DNA of 64,000 nt, from positions 11,346,001 through 11,410,000 of the forward strand of contig JBHGNT010000021.1 in the NCBI GenBank assembly GCA_043228905.1, read 5' to 3'. This stretch comes from Azolla caroliniana (Eukaryota; Plantae; Polypodiophyta). This document shows positions 43,749 through 56,946 of this stretch, in pieces. The translations under genes and the position numbers were made by a program. The notes under the pieces are model-generated. The model did no database searches. It was not told the DNA's origin and was given only the letters and a program-made list of their open reading frames with translations. The stretch's first letter is position 1, and each line of letters begins with the position of its first letter.

Positions 43749-46700
43749 TTACGTTGCGGGTTCTCCGGCTCTGTCCCGTTCGGTGGTGAATGGGTGAGGT
43801 GGCGTAGGGCCGAGGTTAGGTTTGAGCCGAAACCCATTCACCTTTTGCCGTACTACTTCTCCGGCCAGCGTACCTAGTTGGAACGTGCCTTGTTCCGCTC
43901 CAATTATCCAGTATGGGCCAATCCAACGAAATTGTAACTTCCCCAACATATGGCCCATGCGCGTTTGGAAAACTAGCACCGCTCGACCCACGGCGAACTC
44001 TTTTCCCTTGCGTTCCGATGTCGATCCACAAACGCTTTACGCCGTCACTGTTCCTGCTCCAACACAGCCATGCTGTGGATGCGTTTTTCCCCTAGTTCGA
44101 GGAGTTGGTAGAGCCGTATCTCCTCCGACTTGGCTTCTGATAGTCGGTTCTGTACCTGAATTCGCAAACTATGTACCTGAAATTTGACCAGCATCACAGC
44201 CTCCAGCCCAAACGCTACTCGAAACGGTGTTGACTATATGCTTGTCTTGTAGCTGGTTTTGTACGCCCATAACGCACTCTGTAATTTGGTATCCTAGTAC
44301 GTTCTATTTTCATTGACGATTTTCTTCAAAATGGTCTGTAACGTCTTGTTGGTGGATTCTACTAATCCATTCACCTGCGGATAATATGGCGTGCTCTTCT
44401 TATGGACTACGACGTAATGATGTGTTAGTTCCCGAACCACCGTATTGAGAAAGTGACTTCCCTGGTCACTGATGAGTTCAATAGGACAGACGAACCGGCA
44501 CCAGATGTGCTCGTAAAGGAATCTGGCTGTGACGGTCGCCATATTTTTACGTAGTGCCTTTGCTTCTACCCATTTGGTGCGGTAATCCTTGGCTACAAAT
44601 ATGTATTTATTGCCCGTATGGGTCGCCGCTGGTGTGAAGGGCCCCACAAAATCCAATCCCCACTTTTGGAAGGGATCTAGCGGTAATACCAGCTGGTGTA
44701 GCATCCTTGCGCCCTCCGCGGGTTATCCCATCCGTTGACAGAAATCACACTTTCGACAATACTCGGATGCGTCCTTCTGCATTGTTGCCACCATAGGCCC
44801 GCCTGCCATACTTTCTGGGCTGTAACGTTACCCGCGTAATGGCCGCCTGTCGTGCCGCAGTGTGCCTCCCGTAAAACTGCTTCCTTCTCATCCTGACATA
44901 CCCGCCGTCGCCAAATGCTGTCACTTCCTTTGTGATATAAAGCGCCTTCGACGAGGCAGAAGTGACGGCTTCGGACGGCTAGTCATTTCTTCTCGTCCGT
45001 GCGTAATTGTGGTGGAGGCAGTCCCGTAGTTCAAAAGTACGTCATTTCCATAAGCCACCGGTCTGGAAAGGTCAACTCCATTCTTTCTGCTAGTGTCGCT
45101 ACCCGTAGGATGTCGACGTCCGGAAAATCATCGTCATATTTCTGTACTGTTTCTCCATTCTCGAGTCTGCTCAAAAAATCCGCCACTGCGTGTTGCGTCC
45201 CTGGTCGGTGTTCGATTATGAAATCGAATTCCTGGAGCAACAACATCCACCGCGCCAATTTCCCTGTCAGGCCTTGTTTCTCCACCAAATACAGTAGTGC
45301 CGAATGATGCACATGGAACGTGAATTTCCTTCCTAATAAATAGTGTCAAAATTTATTAATGCTATAGATCATCCCTAGCGTCTCCCACTCCGTTGTGGAA
45401 TAGTTGCGCTCTGTTGTTGATAATTTGCGACTAGTGTAGTATACTGGCCTGTACCAGTTTGGTTCAGTGAGCTGCATTAGTGCACTTCCTATTGCTATGT
45501 CCGAGGCATCGACGAACACGTGGAATGGCTCCACCCAAATTGGTGGTTGTACGATAGGAGCCTGTGCCTCATAGGCCTTATCCTCTGTTGCAGTCCATTG
45601 GAAAGGAGTCTGATGTACGGTAGCGTGTAACGGCGTGGCGAAGTCCGCCAAATACCGTATCATCCGACTATGCCACCGTATTTGTCCTAAAAACTAGCTA
45701 AGCGATTTGGCGTTTGTCGGAGTTTTGGCTTGCGTAATCGTGGAGATCTTGTTCAGGTCAACCGCTATTTCCTCCTTGCTGACTATATGGCCTAGGAGAG
45801 TCCCATTGATCACGCCGAAGGCACATTTTGCGGGGTTCAGGCTTAAGCGTGCGGTGCGGCAACGTTCCAGGCACAGTCGTAAGTGCGAAAAATGGTCTAT
45901 TGTTCTCCCATATACTGCAAAGTCGTCTAAAAAAACTTGCATGAACGCCGGAATGTATTCCCCAAAGATCTCCGTAATTGTCCGTTGAAATGTTGTCGGC
46001 GCTGTCCTTAGCCCGAACATCATGACGACTGCAACATATACTCCCTAGTCTGTGAGAAACGCCGTCTTCTCCTAGTCCTCAAGATGCATGTGTACTTGGT
46101 TATAGCCACTGAAGCCATCTAAAAAATTGTACATCTCATGGCCTGCAATGGCGTCCAGTATGCTATCGGTGAAGGGTAAGGGAAATGCGTCCGTGATGGT
46201 TACAACGTTTAATTTTCGGTAATTTAGGCATACCCATATTTTGCCATTTTTCTTTGGGACGACCACTATCGAGCTTAACCATGTTATTTGTTTAACTGGT
46301 CGTATGAACCCCGCCTTCAGGAGCTTGTTGATTTCTTCTTTCACACAGGTCGCGTAGTTTGGGTTCATGCGGTAGTGGCGCTACTGGACGGGTTTCGCGT
46401 CGGTTGCTAAATTGATCTTATGCTGATAGAACTTGGGATCTAACCCCTTCAAGTCCTCGTGAACCCAAGTGAACACATCCCTATATTCCGTGACTAGTGC
46501 GATCATCGTGCGATGGAGAGGACCCGGGGCTCCGATTCTGTACCCAAATTTACTTCTTCGAGAGCGGAAGCGGTGACTCGTCGTGAAATCTCCATTTCCC
46601 TTTTGAATGCCTCCCGTGCTTTGTTGAGTTCCAATATGGACTCTAGGTTGGTTCGTAAGGCTCGTCGTGGGGAATAGTGGCCGTGGCATATTTTGCCGCG

Positions 46701-49060
46701 GTTGCGATGACGTCTATTTCAAACAGCGGAATAATCCGAGGGTGTTCGTCGAGGTATGCCTCTAATTCTGCATCCTCCACCCTAGCCAACATATTTATAT
46801 CCTCCGCGTATAACGGTGTTATACCCTTGGGTTGTGGCGTGCTTCCTTCTGTAGGTACGCGAACCTTGGTGCGTCCATGCCAGAAACTGATACACTCGTG
46901 TTGCCCGCTCTGCTTGATATTTGTTGTCCGAAGCCATGGTCTGCCCAGAAGCACTAGGTATGCCCTTGGGGCGTCCAAAGCGAGGACGACCGCCGAGATG
47001 TCAAAGCGGTGTCCGCCCACGATAATGCCTATTTGGCGAATTAACCCCAAGGGTCGTACTGAGCGGGTATCTGCCATTCGGAGCCAGAATGGGCAAGCCT
47101 CCCATTCGGACATGCCTAACTGCTCGCAAGTTTTCTCGCTAATTACATTGATGCCTGAGCCGTCGTCGATTACACATCCAGGAATGTCCTGTCCATGTAA
47201 TATTAACGTAATAGCCGGGTTTTGTTGATCCACCACCGGCGGTCCATCGCTAACGTCTGTCAGGTTTGTGGCGACACCCACCCCGGGTATGCCTGTCACC
47301 CGTTCTTCCATGGTCTGGCGGAAGCGTGGGACTAGCTGTAGTAGTTTCTCCATGGTTAACGTTATCTCACAGCCTGCTAACGCCTGCCAAATGGGGTCCG
47401 GGACCGGTCTTTCGTCCTCTGTTCGCTCCATTGTGTTTGCGGACTCCTTCCGCATGCGTTCCGTATTCTTCGTGTTTGCTTTTCCCACCCACGCTTGGGC
47501 TTGTCGGCGTATCTCATCTTGTGCAGCCCAGTCAACCGTTTTTGTTTGTTGGCGTGTCGTGACTTGCTGCACTTCCGCCGTAATCGTATTAACAACGGGC
47601 CCCTTTCCCTTGCGTGTTGGGCATTGCGTGGCATAATGTCTGGGTTGCTGACAAATGAAACAATGGATGCTTGATTCACCCTTCTCGGCTCCTGGTGGTG
47701 TGTGCCGCTCCCCTAGTGCTACTTGCTCCTCACGGACCGGCCTCGTTTGTTGGAACGTACGCAGTGGTTGCTGTTGGTCCCGTCGTTGTTCCTAGTGCCA
47801 CTCATCTCCTGAGCTTTCGTCGTAACGCCGGTGATCTCGATATTGCCGTGGCTTACCACGATAACCGTTGAAGCCACCCCATTTTTTTGTCGGCCAGTGA
47901 TTCTCATAGCGCTGACCTCCTTTGGCATAAGTCGGTTGTCTACGGTAGTCCTCGTCCTCTGGTTCCTCCTCCTCGGAATCGTTGTGATTTTGGCGATTCC
48001 GGTGGTGCTGGTCATCCCGTGGGTTACGATCCCTATACAGGGGTCGGTCTTTTTGCCTCCTTTGTTCAGTCTGATGTGGTGGACACTACGTGTCCATGCT
48101 GCGGACTACAGGAGCGACTCTATTCAACATATTGTATTCGCATCGGTCGATTGTGTGAGCCTCCGAGTGGCAGATGGGGCAGTGGATTCGCATATTGCAC
48201 TCCACTGCGGAATGCCCCGAGTTCAAGCAAATCGTGCACTGGATGGCTTGACGAAACTGGCGTTCCTCGTCCTGTGGTAACGCTTGTTGTAAGGAGGACA
48301 TAGAAAACCTTTCCTCCTCGTCATCCAACTCGAGCTATAATGCTCGTTCTATTACCATATCCTTCGTTTCCCCTTTCACGCTATTGTTGTTGAGCGTTGC
48401 CCGGATGGGCCGGCGTAAAGCTGCCAGAAATGTTTCTCGAGCCTCATCCTCCGTGGGGCTTCGTTCCAGTTTCCGTCGTAAATTTTGGAAACGTAAGCTG
48501 AAGTCTGCTATCGTCTCGGTCAGTAGTTGCTTAATTGCGTAAAACTACCCAAGGATTTCGCGTTGTGGAACCCTTCGATGGAAGAACCGTAAGAAAGCGG
48601 ACTGCAGCTGATCGAAGGTTGTTATTGCTAGTAAGTCCATCTGTGAATGCCAAAATGCCGCATGCCCATCTAATGTTAACCCGAACTCCGTCATTTTCGA
48701 TTGGTGTGCTACCGCCTCCGAAAGGCTCTGCGCCATGTGGTTCGCTTTCCAAACAATTAGGAACATGCGAATGAGTTCCGGCGTCGGTTTCGCCGTTAAA
48801 GCGGGGTAGGCAAAGGCCATGGTGGGAGCTACGGCGGGTCGGGAAAGACCACAGGGTGGCTGTGGTGAGTGTGGTCTCCGCTGGTCGTCGTGGTGTTTGG
48901 GGAGCAACGAATCACCTTTATAATCACGGAAGGTAGTACTGAGGTCGTTGAGGCGCGGCTTTTGCCGTGCGTGTTCTTCTGCCTGGCGTGTGATGGACCT
49001 TGTTATTGGCCGGTCTTGTCGTATTGGTTCTCAGGGGCGTCTGCGGCTAAACATCCATTC
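43749..49060 (-). pseudogene. gag-pol: gag-pol of the 40163-49543 element
   Basis: CTICLNSGH, LLGRPWL, FLDDFAVY, VDASD, WGLDFVGPF, ISDQGSHF, VNGFRLKP; many stops and frameshifts. Confidence 0.9.
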
Positions 49061-49108
49061 GTCGTTGTTCGTCTGTGAGAAGACACTGATCACCAAGCGT
49101 GCAAAAAG

Positions 49109-49543
49109 TGTTACCGATTAGGAATGCGGTCCGCGGTCAGTTCTTCGACCTAGATCTCCAAGTGGGTGTGGAACAATGAATAGGCGTCTAAGCGTAATGC
49201 GTAGGGGAAGGTTCCCTATAACCTATCAGCGTATACGGGGAACGACTACAATCCCTGCCAAGGGTTACACTTACGCACTTGAACGCTTAGGTATTCAAGA
49301 CACACACAGTAGATTAGCTATAGCTATACACAGGAAATCAGAGAAGATAGGATTCTATTATGAGACATCTCTTTACATTCCCAAAATTACACGCACCCTC
49401 TATCAGAGGTTTTCTGCCCTTTATATACGTAGCGTCTATTTAGCCGCTCACGCTTCCTGCATGAACCGTTACATGCGTTATGCTCTTATATTATTTCTTA
49501 TTCCTACGCTTTTGTCCATCGGTTACTATTCCGGCGGACAACA
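49109..49543 (-). repeat. 5' LTR (435 bp), followed by PBS-like TTGCACGCTTGGTG (49091-49104)
   Basis: Direct repeat of 40163-40602. Confidence 0.95.
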
Positions 49544-52500
49544 CCGATCCATCGAAACATACTGAAGTTGAACTTCACCAGAGAGCACACACTTGTGAAC
49601 AAACTGGTAGTGCACCTGAATGTGTTTATTCCGGGCGTGGAAGACGGGGCTCTTCGCAAGTTGGATGCTGCTGAGGTTGTCGCAGTAGATCGTCGTCGAA
49701 CGAGACACCTCCACCTGCACATCCTTAAGTACCTGCTTGAGCCATATGGCTTTGCACATTGCGAGAACCGCTCGTCGATAGTCAGCCTCTGTGCTCGACT
49801 GTGCAACTGTCGGCTGCCTCTTGCTACTCCAGACGATCGTGGTGCTCCCAAGGGAGAACGCGAATCCAGATGTGGATCAGTGATCACCGGCGTTTCCATC
49901 CCAGTTGGCATATGTATAGCTTACTAACTACGCAGCAGTACCGGTCCGATATAGTAGCCCCCGGTCCTTAGTGCCACTAACGTACCCGAGTATGCATTGC
50001 ACGCACTGACGGTGCTCCTCGGTTGGCCGCACCATGAACTGACTAGTCAAGTATATGAGGCTTCCATGAATCTATCGGAACCTTTTCGGTTCACAGACCT
50101 TTCCGGAGTTGGGACGAAGCTTCACGGTTCTGTTTAGAGTATTTGAGACAGACCTGCAATCTGCCATCCCGAAACTTGAAGAGCATACTCAACACGTAAT
50201 GTCATTGGCTAATCAGTATGCCTTCGGGGGTTCGGATCACTTCGATCATGAGAAAGTAATGAAGGTCCCCCAAGTCCTTCATATCAAATGATGCCGCAAG
50301 TTGGAGCTTTACACGGTCAATTTCACCTAGGTCGACGCCGGTGATGACCAAGTCATCAACATAAAGTAAAATACTAACTGGCCCAAGTCGACCTTGCCAG
50401 ACGAACAATGAAGAGTTTGATTTTGACGTCGCAATCACTGTGTGATCTTCGCGTTCCAGGCATGCGGGGCTTGCTTTAGTCCATCAATGGACTTCTTCAA
50501 CCGGCATACCGCCGAAGTTTTCGTTCCGGAGTGAAATCCGGGGGGATGTACCATGTACACTTGTTCCTCAAGATCGCCTTGTAGGAACGCATTCTTTACA
50601 TCCATCTGATGTAAGTGCCACCTCTTCGCCGCAACTACTACAAGCAAAACACGGATGATCGTCATCTTCGCGACCGGCGCAAATGTCTCATCGTAATCGA
50701 TGTCGTGTTGCTACGCGTAGCCTTTTCCTACTAACCAAGCCTTGTATCGGTTGACCGAGCCGTCGATGTTGTACTTGACCGTGTACACCCACCTACATCC
50801 AATCGGCTTTACACCCTTGAGGGTGTCAACCAGGTCCTAGGTTTCATTCTTTGCAAGTGCGTTCATCTCTTCCTCCATGGCGGCATGCCAATTTGCATCC
50901 TTTGCCGCTTCTGCGTAGCTCTCTGGCTCACGCACTTTCGCTACACGTGTCATGTACGCATAGTGATGCGCCATGTAATCGTTGCATCCGAACCACACAA
51001 ATGGGTTCTTCTTGTGGGTAGATCGGCGTAAATGCTCATTAGTCGATGTTAAGGCCGTTTTGGCTTACGCGGGCTTTGCTCTTAAAGGCCTGTCATTGCT
51101 CTTCTCAAAGTCAGATTTGCGTCGATCTGACTCATCCCTACCCATTCCATACTCCGGCATCTTCTTCTTTCCCTTTTCTTTGCGCGTAAGCCGTCTCTTC
51201 GACTTCTTGCGCGGGGAATGCACGACCGAGTCTCCGCTACTCACCGGCTCTTCATCTGACTGGTCAAACCGACTCAGTCGCTCATTCGGTCCACTGAGCC
51301 GAAATGAGATCGGACTCTCTTTAAGAGTTTCGACTTTGTGTTCATTAGGAGGCATCTCAGCCTCACTGACCTCATCTTCAAAACTCGGATTGGAGTTGAG
51401 GTCCGGAGTCGGAGGAAAATACCAAGACGCAGACTCATCGAACACGACATCGCGACTTACGCGAGCTTGTTTGGTTCGGGGGTTATAACACATAACCCTT
51501 CTGTTCGTCTAAGTAGTTGAACAAGATACACTTCTCTGCTTTCAACACGTTCGCGTTCACAAGTGGAAGGATTGCGCATTCCACTTGTAGAATCTTCTTA
51601 AAACGAAGCAAATACACCCTCTCTACAAAAATTGGATGCACTAGTATCACATGTTCCTCAACTTGATGAGAATTTGCAAATATAAAAATACATGATAGAT
51701 CTACGAGTGGAGATCATTAGAAATCATGCAAGTTTAGACACGTTGATAAGTTAATGTAGGCATAATAAAGTTCAACTATGGCTCAATATGTCACTACTGT
51801 GCGACAAGGGAAACACTAACTTAAAGACTTATATTAATTAGGTAAGTTTTACAAAAATATCAGGTGTACTTGTATCCATACTAATAAAATGAGTTATAAT
51901 TTATACTTTGACCCATACGTGCATGTATGTAATTGTGGAAAATGTAGGATAGTGCACATTAGGATAAGTGATTGGAATAACTAACCTATTAAAGTATTCA
52001 ATACTTGTATTTAAAGTTGATCTAATCTATTCCTCAGTTTGTTCATATGGGATCAAACCATATGTATATAATTGTGGACAATGTAAGGCAGTGAACTTTA
52101 GGATAATGTCGTGGAAATAACAAACCTATTAGGCTTTCATACCTGTATTTAAAATTGATCTACTCTATTGCTTAGGTGATTCACACAGGATCAAACTCCG
52201 AACGATAACGCAACTGGAACCATTATCAACACACTACACAATCTAAGCAGCAATGGAATAGAAACATAATAGTTTTAACAATAGAAGACAAAGATCCATA
52301 ATAACAACATGGACAGTCATGGCAACAATTATAGGGCCATGTTCTGTTAAGGTTAGCTTGGACCAAAATCAACCTCAATTTAAACTAGTTCATGTTTCTC
52401 CATAAATTTGGTAGTCAGCTATGCACGCGGTGAAACCAATGTCATAAATCTACTAACCAAGTATATAAAAATAAAATTGAAACATATAGAAGATTAAAAA

Positions 52501-52589
52501 GAATAGAATCCACTAGGTAAAACCCAAATTTTGTATTAATAATGTGAAATCCTAACAAATCGTCAGTGTCATTTTCTTCATAGAGTCTA

Positions 52590-55500
52590 TTACATAGCAA
52601 TCAATTCATCAACGTCATTTTCTTCATCATCTTGTGTAGAATTGTCTTCGGCTATACGTGCATTGGTTTCCCCTGTTAGCCGAGCCAACGAAATATCTTC
52701 TATAAGCTCATCATCAAGCTCTATTAGCTCCCTCGGTTCGCCGGCTAACGGAGGAATAGGCTCTCACAAAGCAGGTTGAAACCTTTCTGTATTAGCGAGG
52801 TTCTTTGCACCGACCTCCTCATCTTGGTCTGGGCACTCCCACAAAGCCTTAATCCGCATATTAATAAATATAACTTGGTCCTCGTCCTTCTCCAATGCAA
52901 CTGTATTTCTAAAAAGCTTCAATGCACATGCAGACGTAGTTCCTGTGATGTAAGTAACAAGAAGATTTAGTTGTCAAACGAAGAAAAAAAAGGGATTGGT
53001 TATCTCAAGATCGTTACCCTAGTTCGAGGAATACCTGTGCCAGAAAAGAGATCTAATATCCAGTCTCCTTCGACAGAAAACATCTCGATCAAGCGCATCA
53101 TAAGTCGTTGAGGTTTTTGGTATGGGTTGACAAGTCCCCATTCTGTCGTGGTGACATGTCGCAATTTCCGTGTCACTGCTGGATATACCAACAGATTTGA
53201 ACCTCCCACTTCATTAGAATGCTCCTTGATTCTCTGTTTCTTAATTTCATCAAAGTAGCCAACCGTTATGTATTCAATGGCATTAACGAACCGAAAAGTT
53301 GGCCCTCTATTTACATTGGTCTTGATCCTATAAAAAATAATACATCGAGTTAAGAATAGATTGAACAACCTTAAGAAATGCAATATAGTGAAAGACACCT
53401 ATAAATAATCCTTACCATGCAAGGTTCTCGATGCCATGGCAACAAGATCTCAAAGCTTGAGCTACCGAGTACCCTTGGTCCATACTATGAAAGACAACTA
53501 TTCGCCACAAGGATGCGGTCGTTAGCTCAGCGAAATCCTTGACCATCTTCTCCAATTGTTTAAACCTAAACGGTTCATCATCGTATGATGACCCAGCCAT
53601 TCGAAATCCGTAAGGAATATCCGCAATCATTAGCGTATATTCCTTCTTTGGCACCTTTTGGATCAAGTCGACGACATCACCGCAAACCACATTGTAGTAA
53701 AGATCTCTCGTAATATCTTTTTTGTGGCTAAATTTTTTAAAGGAGCCATCTTCCTCTATTTCGTACGCCTTGACTAAGCGACAATCCTTTTCTTTTCTGG
53801 CTCGCTCGAGATGTGCAAGGAAGGATGTAGGGAAATCGTGTATATCCTTAACTTCTCCTTGTTTCTTGCCTCGACACGGTTTCTAATAGAAGCAATAGGA
53901 AATCAGGTATTATTATACAAGCTCTACATATGATGAAAGGGTAATGAAAAACCATCAATACTAACCCAATCCTTGAATGCAATAAAATACTCTGATAACG
54001 CCTTATATGAAGACGTTAGAGGATAATCCTCGGTCACTTGTTCCCAAGTTATACATCCAAGTTGTTTCATCATAACTTCTTGGATCTTCATGTACACCTT
54101 ATGACTGTAAAATTAGAAATCAAGATTAGAACTTTGAATTACACCAGATAGACTACAATTTCAGTATTTGAAAGACTTATTGAACTCAGTGACCATTTCT
54201 TCAAGGCTTAAATCTTTCGCCACAACCCTTGACAAAACAGACACAAGAAGTTGCTCGTCCTTAATACCTTGCATCGCACAGAGACAGCTTCATGTTGTTT
54301 GCCGCTTCTTCAATTGTCAACTCAATTTTCTTGGCGGCTTGTGACTTTAACTCTAGTTGAGGGTCAACCTTACATTTCTTTTGTCGTTGACCCTTTACCT
54401 CCTTATTCTCCCACATTGAGAAGATTTGATCTTGTAGGTCCCATACTTCTCCATCTCTAAACGCCAATTGAAACCAAGACTCATACTTTCGAAGACCATC
54501 GGACTTAACATTATCATCTACCACAATGCCGACTTCATGCAAACATTGACGTCGTAGGCCTGGATGTAACTTCACACCAAACTTTTGTTTCACGTCTAAA
54601 TACTCGTGGTGGAAGAACCGTATACGCTCAATGGACGACATTTTCTGCCTATAGTCATTATCATTATTATGGTCCCATGCCAACAGCTTAGCCTCTTTGG
54701 TTGTGAGCCCAACATAAATTTTGCACTCGGCATACTTGAAGAAGAAAGTCGTTGGATGTTCTCTCACAAGTTGCCGACGTGCCTCTGCTGAATGCGATCC
54801 ACCAATGACAAAATAATTATATTGATCATGCTTTCTAATATCAAAATCTTCAATGGTTTCACATTCTTCAGGATCTACCATAACAATAAAAGGCACCACA
54901 ATGGCATGAGGATTAATTTTCATTTTTTTCTTGAGATTTTGAACATGCATGCGGTGTGGCTCTCTAATCTCAAGTGGTCGTCGACCTGTTTTTCATCAAT
55001 AGGGGGCCGATGGATGTGTGTTATAGGCAAATTAAACACTTGCCCTTTCCTGACCAGTTTCCGTTGCATTAACTCTCTCCTTATCTTATTCTGCTCGGAT
55101 GACAAAACACCCGATTCCAGCTCAGCTCCTGGCGTCCCCTTATTATCCTCCTCTTCGTTTTCACTTGTTGAATCGGTGTCCGACATTTTGGTTGTCTTCT
55201 TCTTTGGTGGTCTTGACTGGACTTTGGATACCCTTTTTGTGGCCTTCAATGGGGAGGGCACTTCATCTCTTAGAGTTACATGGCCTTGTATATAAGGCCT
55301 CAATGTAACAATAAGGTTTTGTGAGCTTTCAAGATTTTTTTTGAACGCTTCTGGCCCACAAGATTCCTTTACTAAAAGGTCTTCTGAAAGGAACACTTTA
55401 CGTACCCCCTTGGAGCACTCTATCATTACCAGTATGTTGGCCGAATCTGCATCTTCGTAGTCAAATCGTAGAATACGACCATACATAAATGGGGTTTCCT

Positions 55501-56846
55501 TTCCAAGCTGCCCCTCCCCCTTCTTCTTTGTTGTATACAATACAACTTTTTTCTTTGAGTCGACATATTGCATACACCATTCCTTGTCCGTTAGATCACG
55601 GTCAGGAAGGTCTTCACCTCCAGTAGCGGCGACAAGTTTCTTTTGGCTAACATCAATATGTGGCTGAGATTTTGTCTCTTCGTTGAAGAGAAGCTTTTTT
55701 CCTCTCTTCATGGTCTCAGGAGCTACCTTGGTCTGGGCTTCGATTGGAGAACCCTGTATGCGAAGCTTTATTTTCTTCACAGGTCGGTCCGACAGGTTCT
55801 CAAACGACCTATTTAAGAAAGTATATGCAAAAACATAAGTTAGGTGGTCACGTAGATTAAGGTTGTATATTAAAATATAAATATTAAGATGAAGAACAGT
55901 TCTCACTGGCAGTCCTATATTCAAAAATCTATTCTAGGCAGGGCTATTCAAACTAGAAAATATATATCGTAATAAGTAAACAGGGTTATATGTTCTTTTA
56001 AAGAGTAGGTATGACTTATATAGATTCCAAACCTATATTGAGGAGAATTTGCTATCGTAAAGGCAATTTGTGGATCATTTTCTACTATTTTAAGCTAAAG
56101 TAGGTCATAAAACACCTATAACTAGGGCATGGTTTTTTTTTAAAGTAAGGCAAGTCAACATAAAAAAGACGGATTTTGACAGACAATTTGATATCTTTTC
56201 CACACAATAATTAATTGTTACCCCAAAAACACAATTTTTCTCTCTCAGAGCCGTCTTTTATACAGGAACTCGATATAGCGTATCGAGTTCCTGTTTAAAT
56301 CCTAAACTTTAAACGGGAACTCGATACGCCGTATTGAGTTCCTGTGCTTTCTTTGCTTTAAAGTTTAGGTTTTAAACACGAACTCGATACGGCATATTGA
56401 GTTCCCGTTTAATGTTTAGATTTTAAACACGAACTCGATACGCCGTATCGAGTTCCCGTTTAATGTGTAGATTTTAAACACGAACTTGATATGCCGTATC
56501 GAGTTCGTGTTTAAAGTTTAGGTTTTAAACGGGAACTCGATACGGCATATTGAGTTCCCGTTTAATGTTTAGATTTTAAACACGAACTCGATACGCCGTA
56601 TCGAGTTCCCGTTTAATGTGTAGGTTTTAAACAGGAACTCGATACGCCGTATCGAGTTCCCGTTTAAAAAGCAAAAACAAATTATGAACTCGATACACCG
56701 TATCGAGTTCCTGTATAAAGTTTGTATTGTATACAGGAACTCAATACGGCGTATCGAGTTCTTGAGCGAGGAAACATATTTACAAAAATGTCCACAGTGT
56801 CAGAGGCCTACCTGGAGTCCTCGTGCTCGATTCTCTTTGAAGACAT
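52590..56846 (-). pseudogene. Six-exon gene: ParB-like domain fused to a beta-class N6-adenine/N4-cytosine DNA methyltransferase
   Basis: Exons 56846-56812, 55808-54177, 54104-53966, 53882-53416, 53327-53035, 52942-52590, all GT-AG and phase-compatible. Motifs YFVIGGSHSAEA, IADIPYG, NPYQKP, ILDLFSGTGTT, VALEKD. Two frameshifts and one late stop. Confidence 0.85.
56266..56761. repeat. Array of ten 25-bp palindromes (GAACTCGATACG-N-CGTATCGAGTTC), 51-bp period
   Basis: Starts at 56266, 56317, 56380, 56431, 56482, 56533, 56584, 56635, 56686, 56737. Confidence 0.95.
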
Positions 56847-56946
56847 GGTTGATCGTGTGGCAGTGGAGGCGGAGATCGCGCTTTGGTGCTTTGTGCTTTG
56901 TGTGCTCTGTGTGCTCTGTGTGCTCTGTACGCTCTGTACGCTCTTG

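Larger units (their letters stand above)
40163..49543 (-). mobile_element. Full-length degenerate non-chromovirus Gypsy (Phygy/Athila-like) with extra 3' ORF
   Basis: TSD CCGAT at 40158-40162 and 49544-49548; LTRs 40163-40602 and 49109-49543; gag, PR (VIDDGSGINVI), RT, RH, IN fragments. Confidence 0.95.

Noticed and set aside
54920-55924. 334-aa ORF as a separate gene from its listed start
   Set aside because: Its first ~38 codons are intronic; a phase-compatible upstream exon and a downstream frameshift place it within the ParB-MTase gene.
56266-56761. CRISPR array
   Set aside because: The spacers are near-identical to each other rather than unique, there are no cas genes, and the array lies in a eukaryotic intron.
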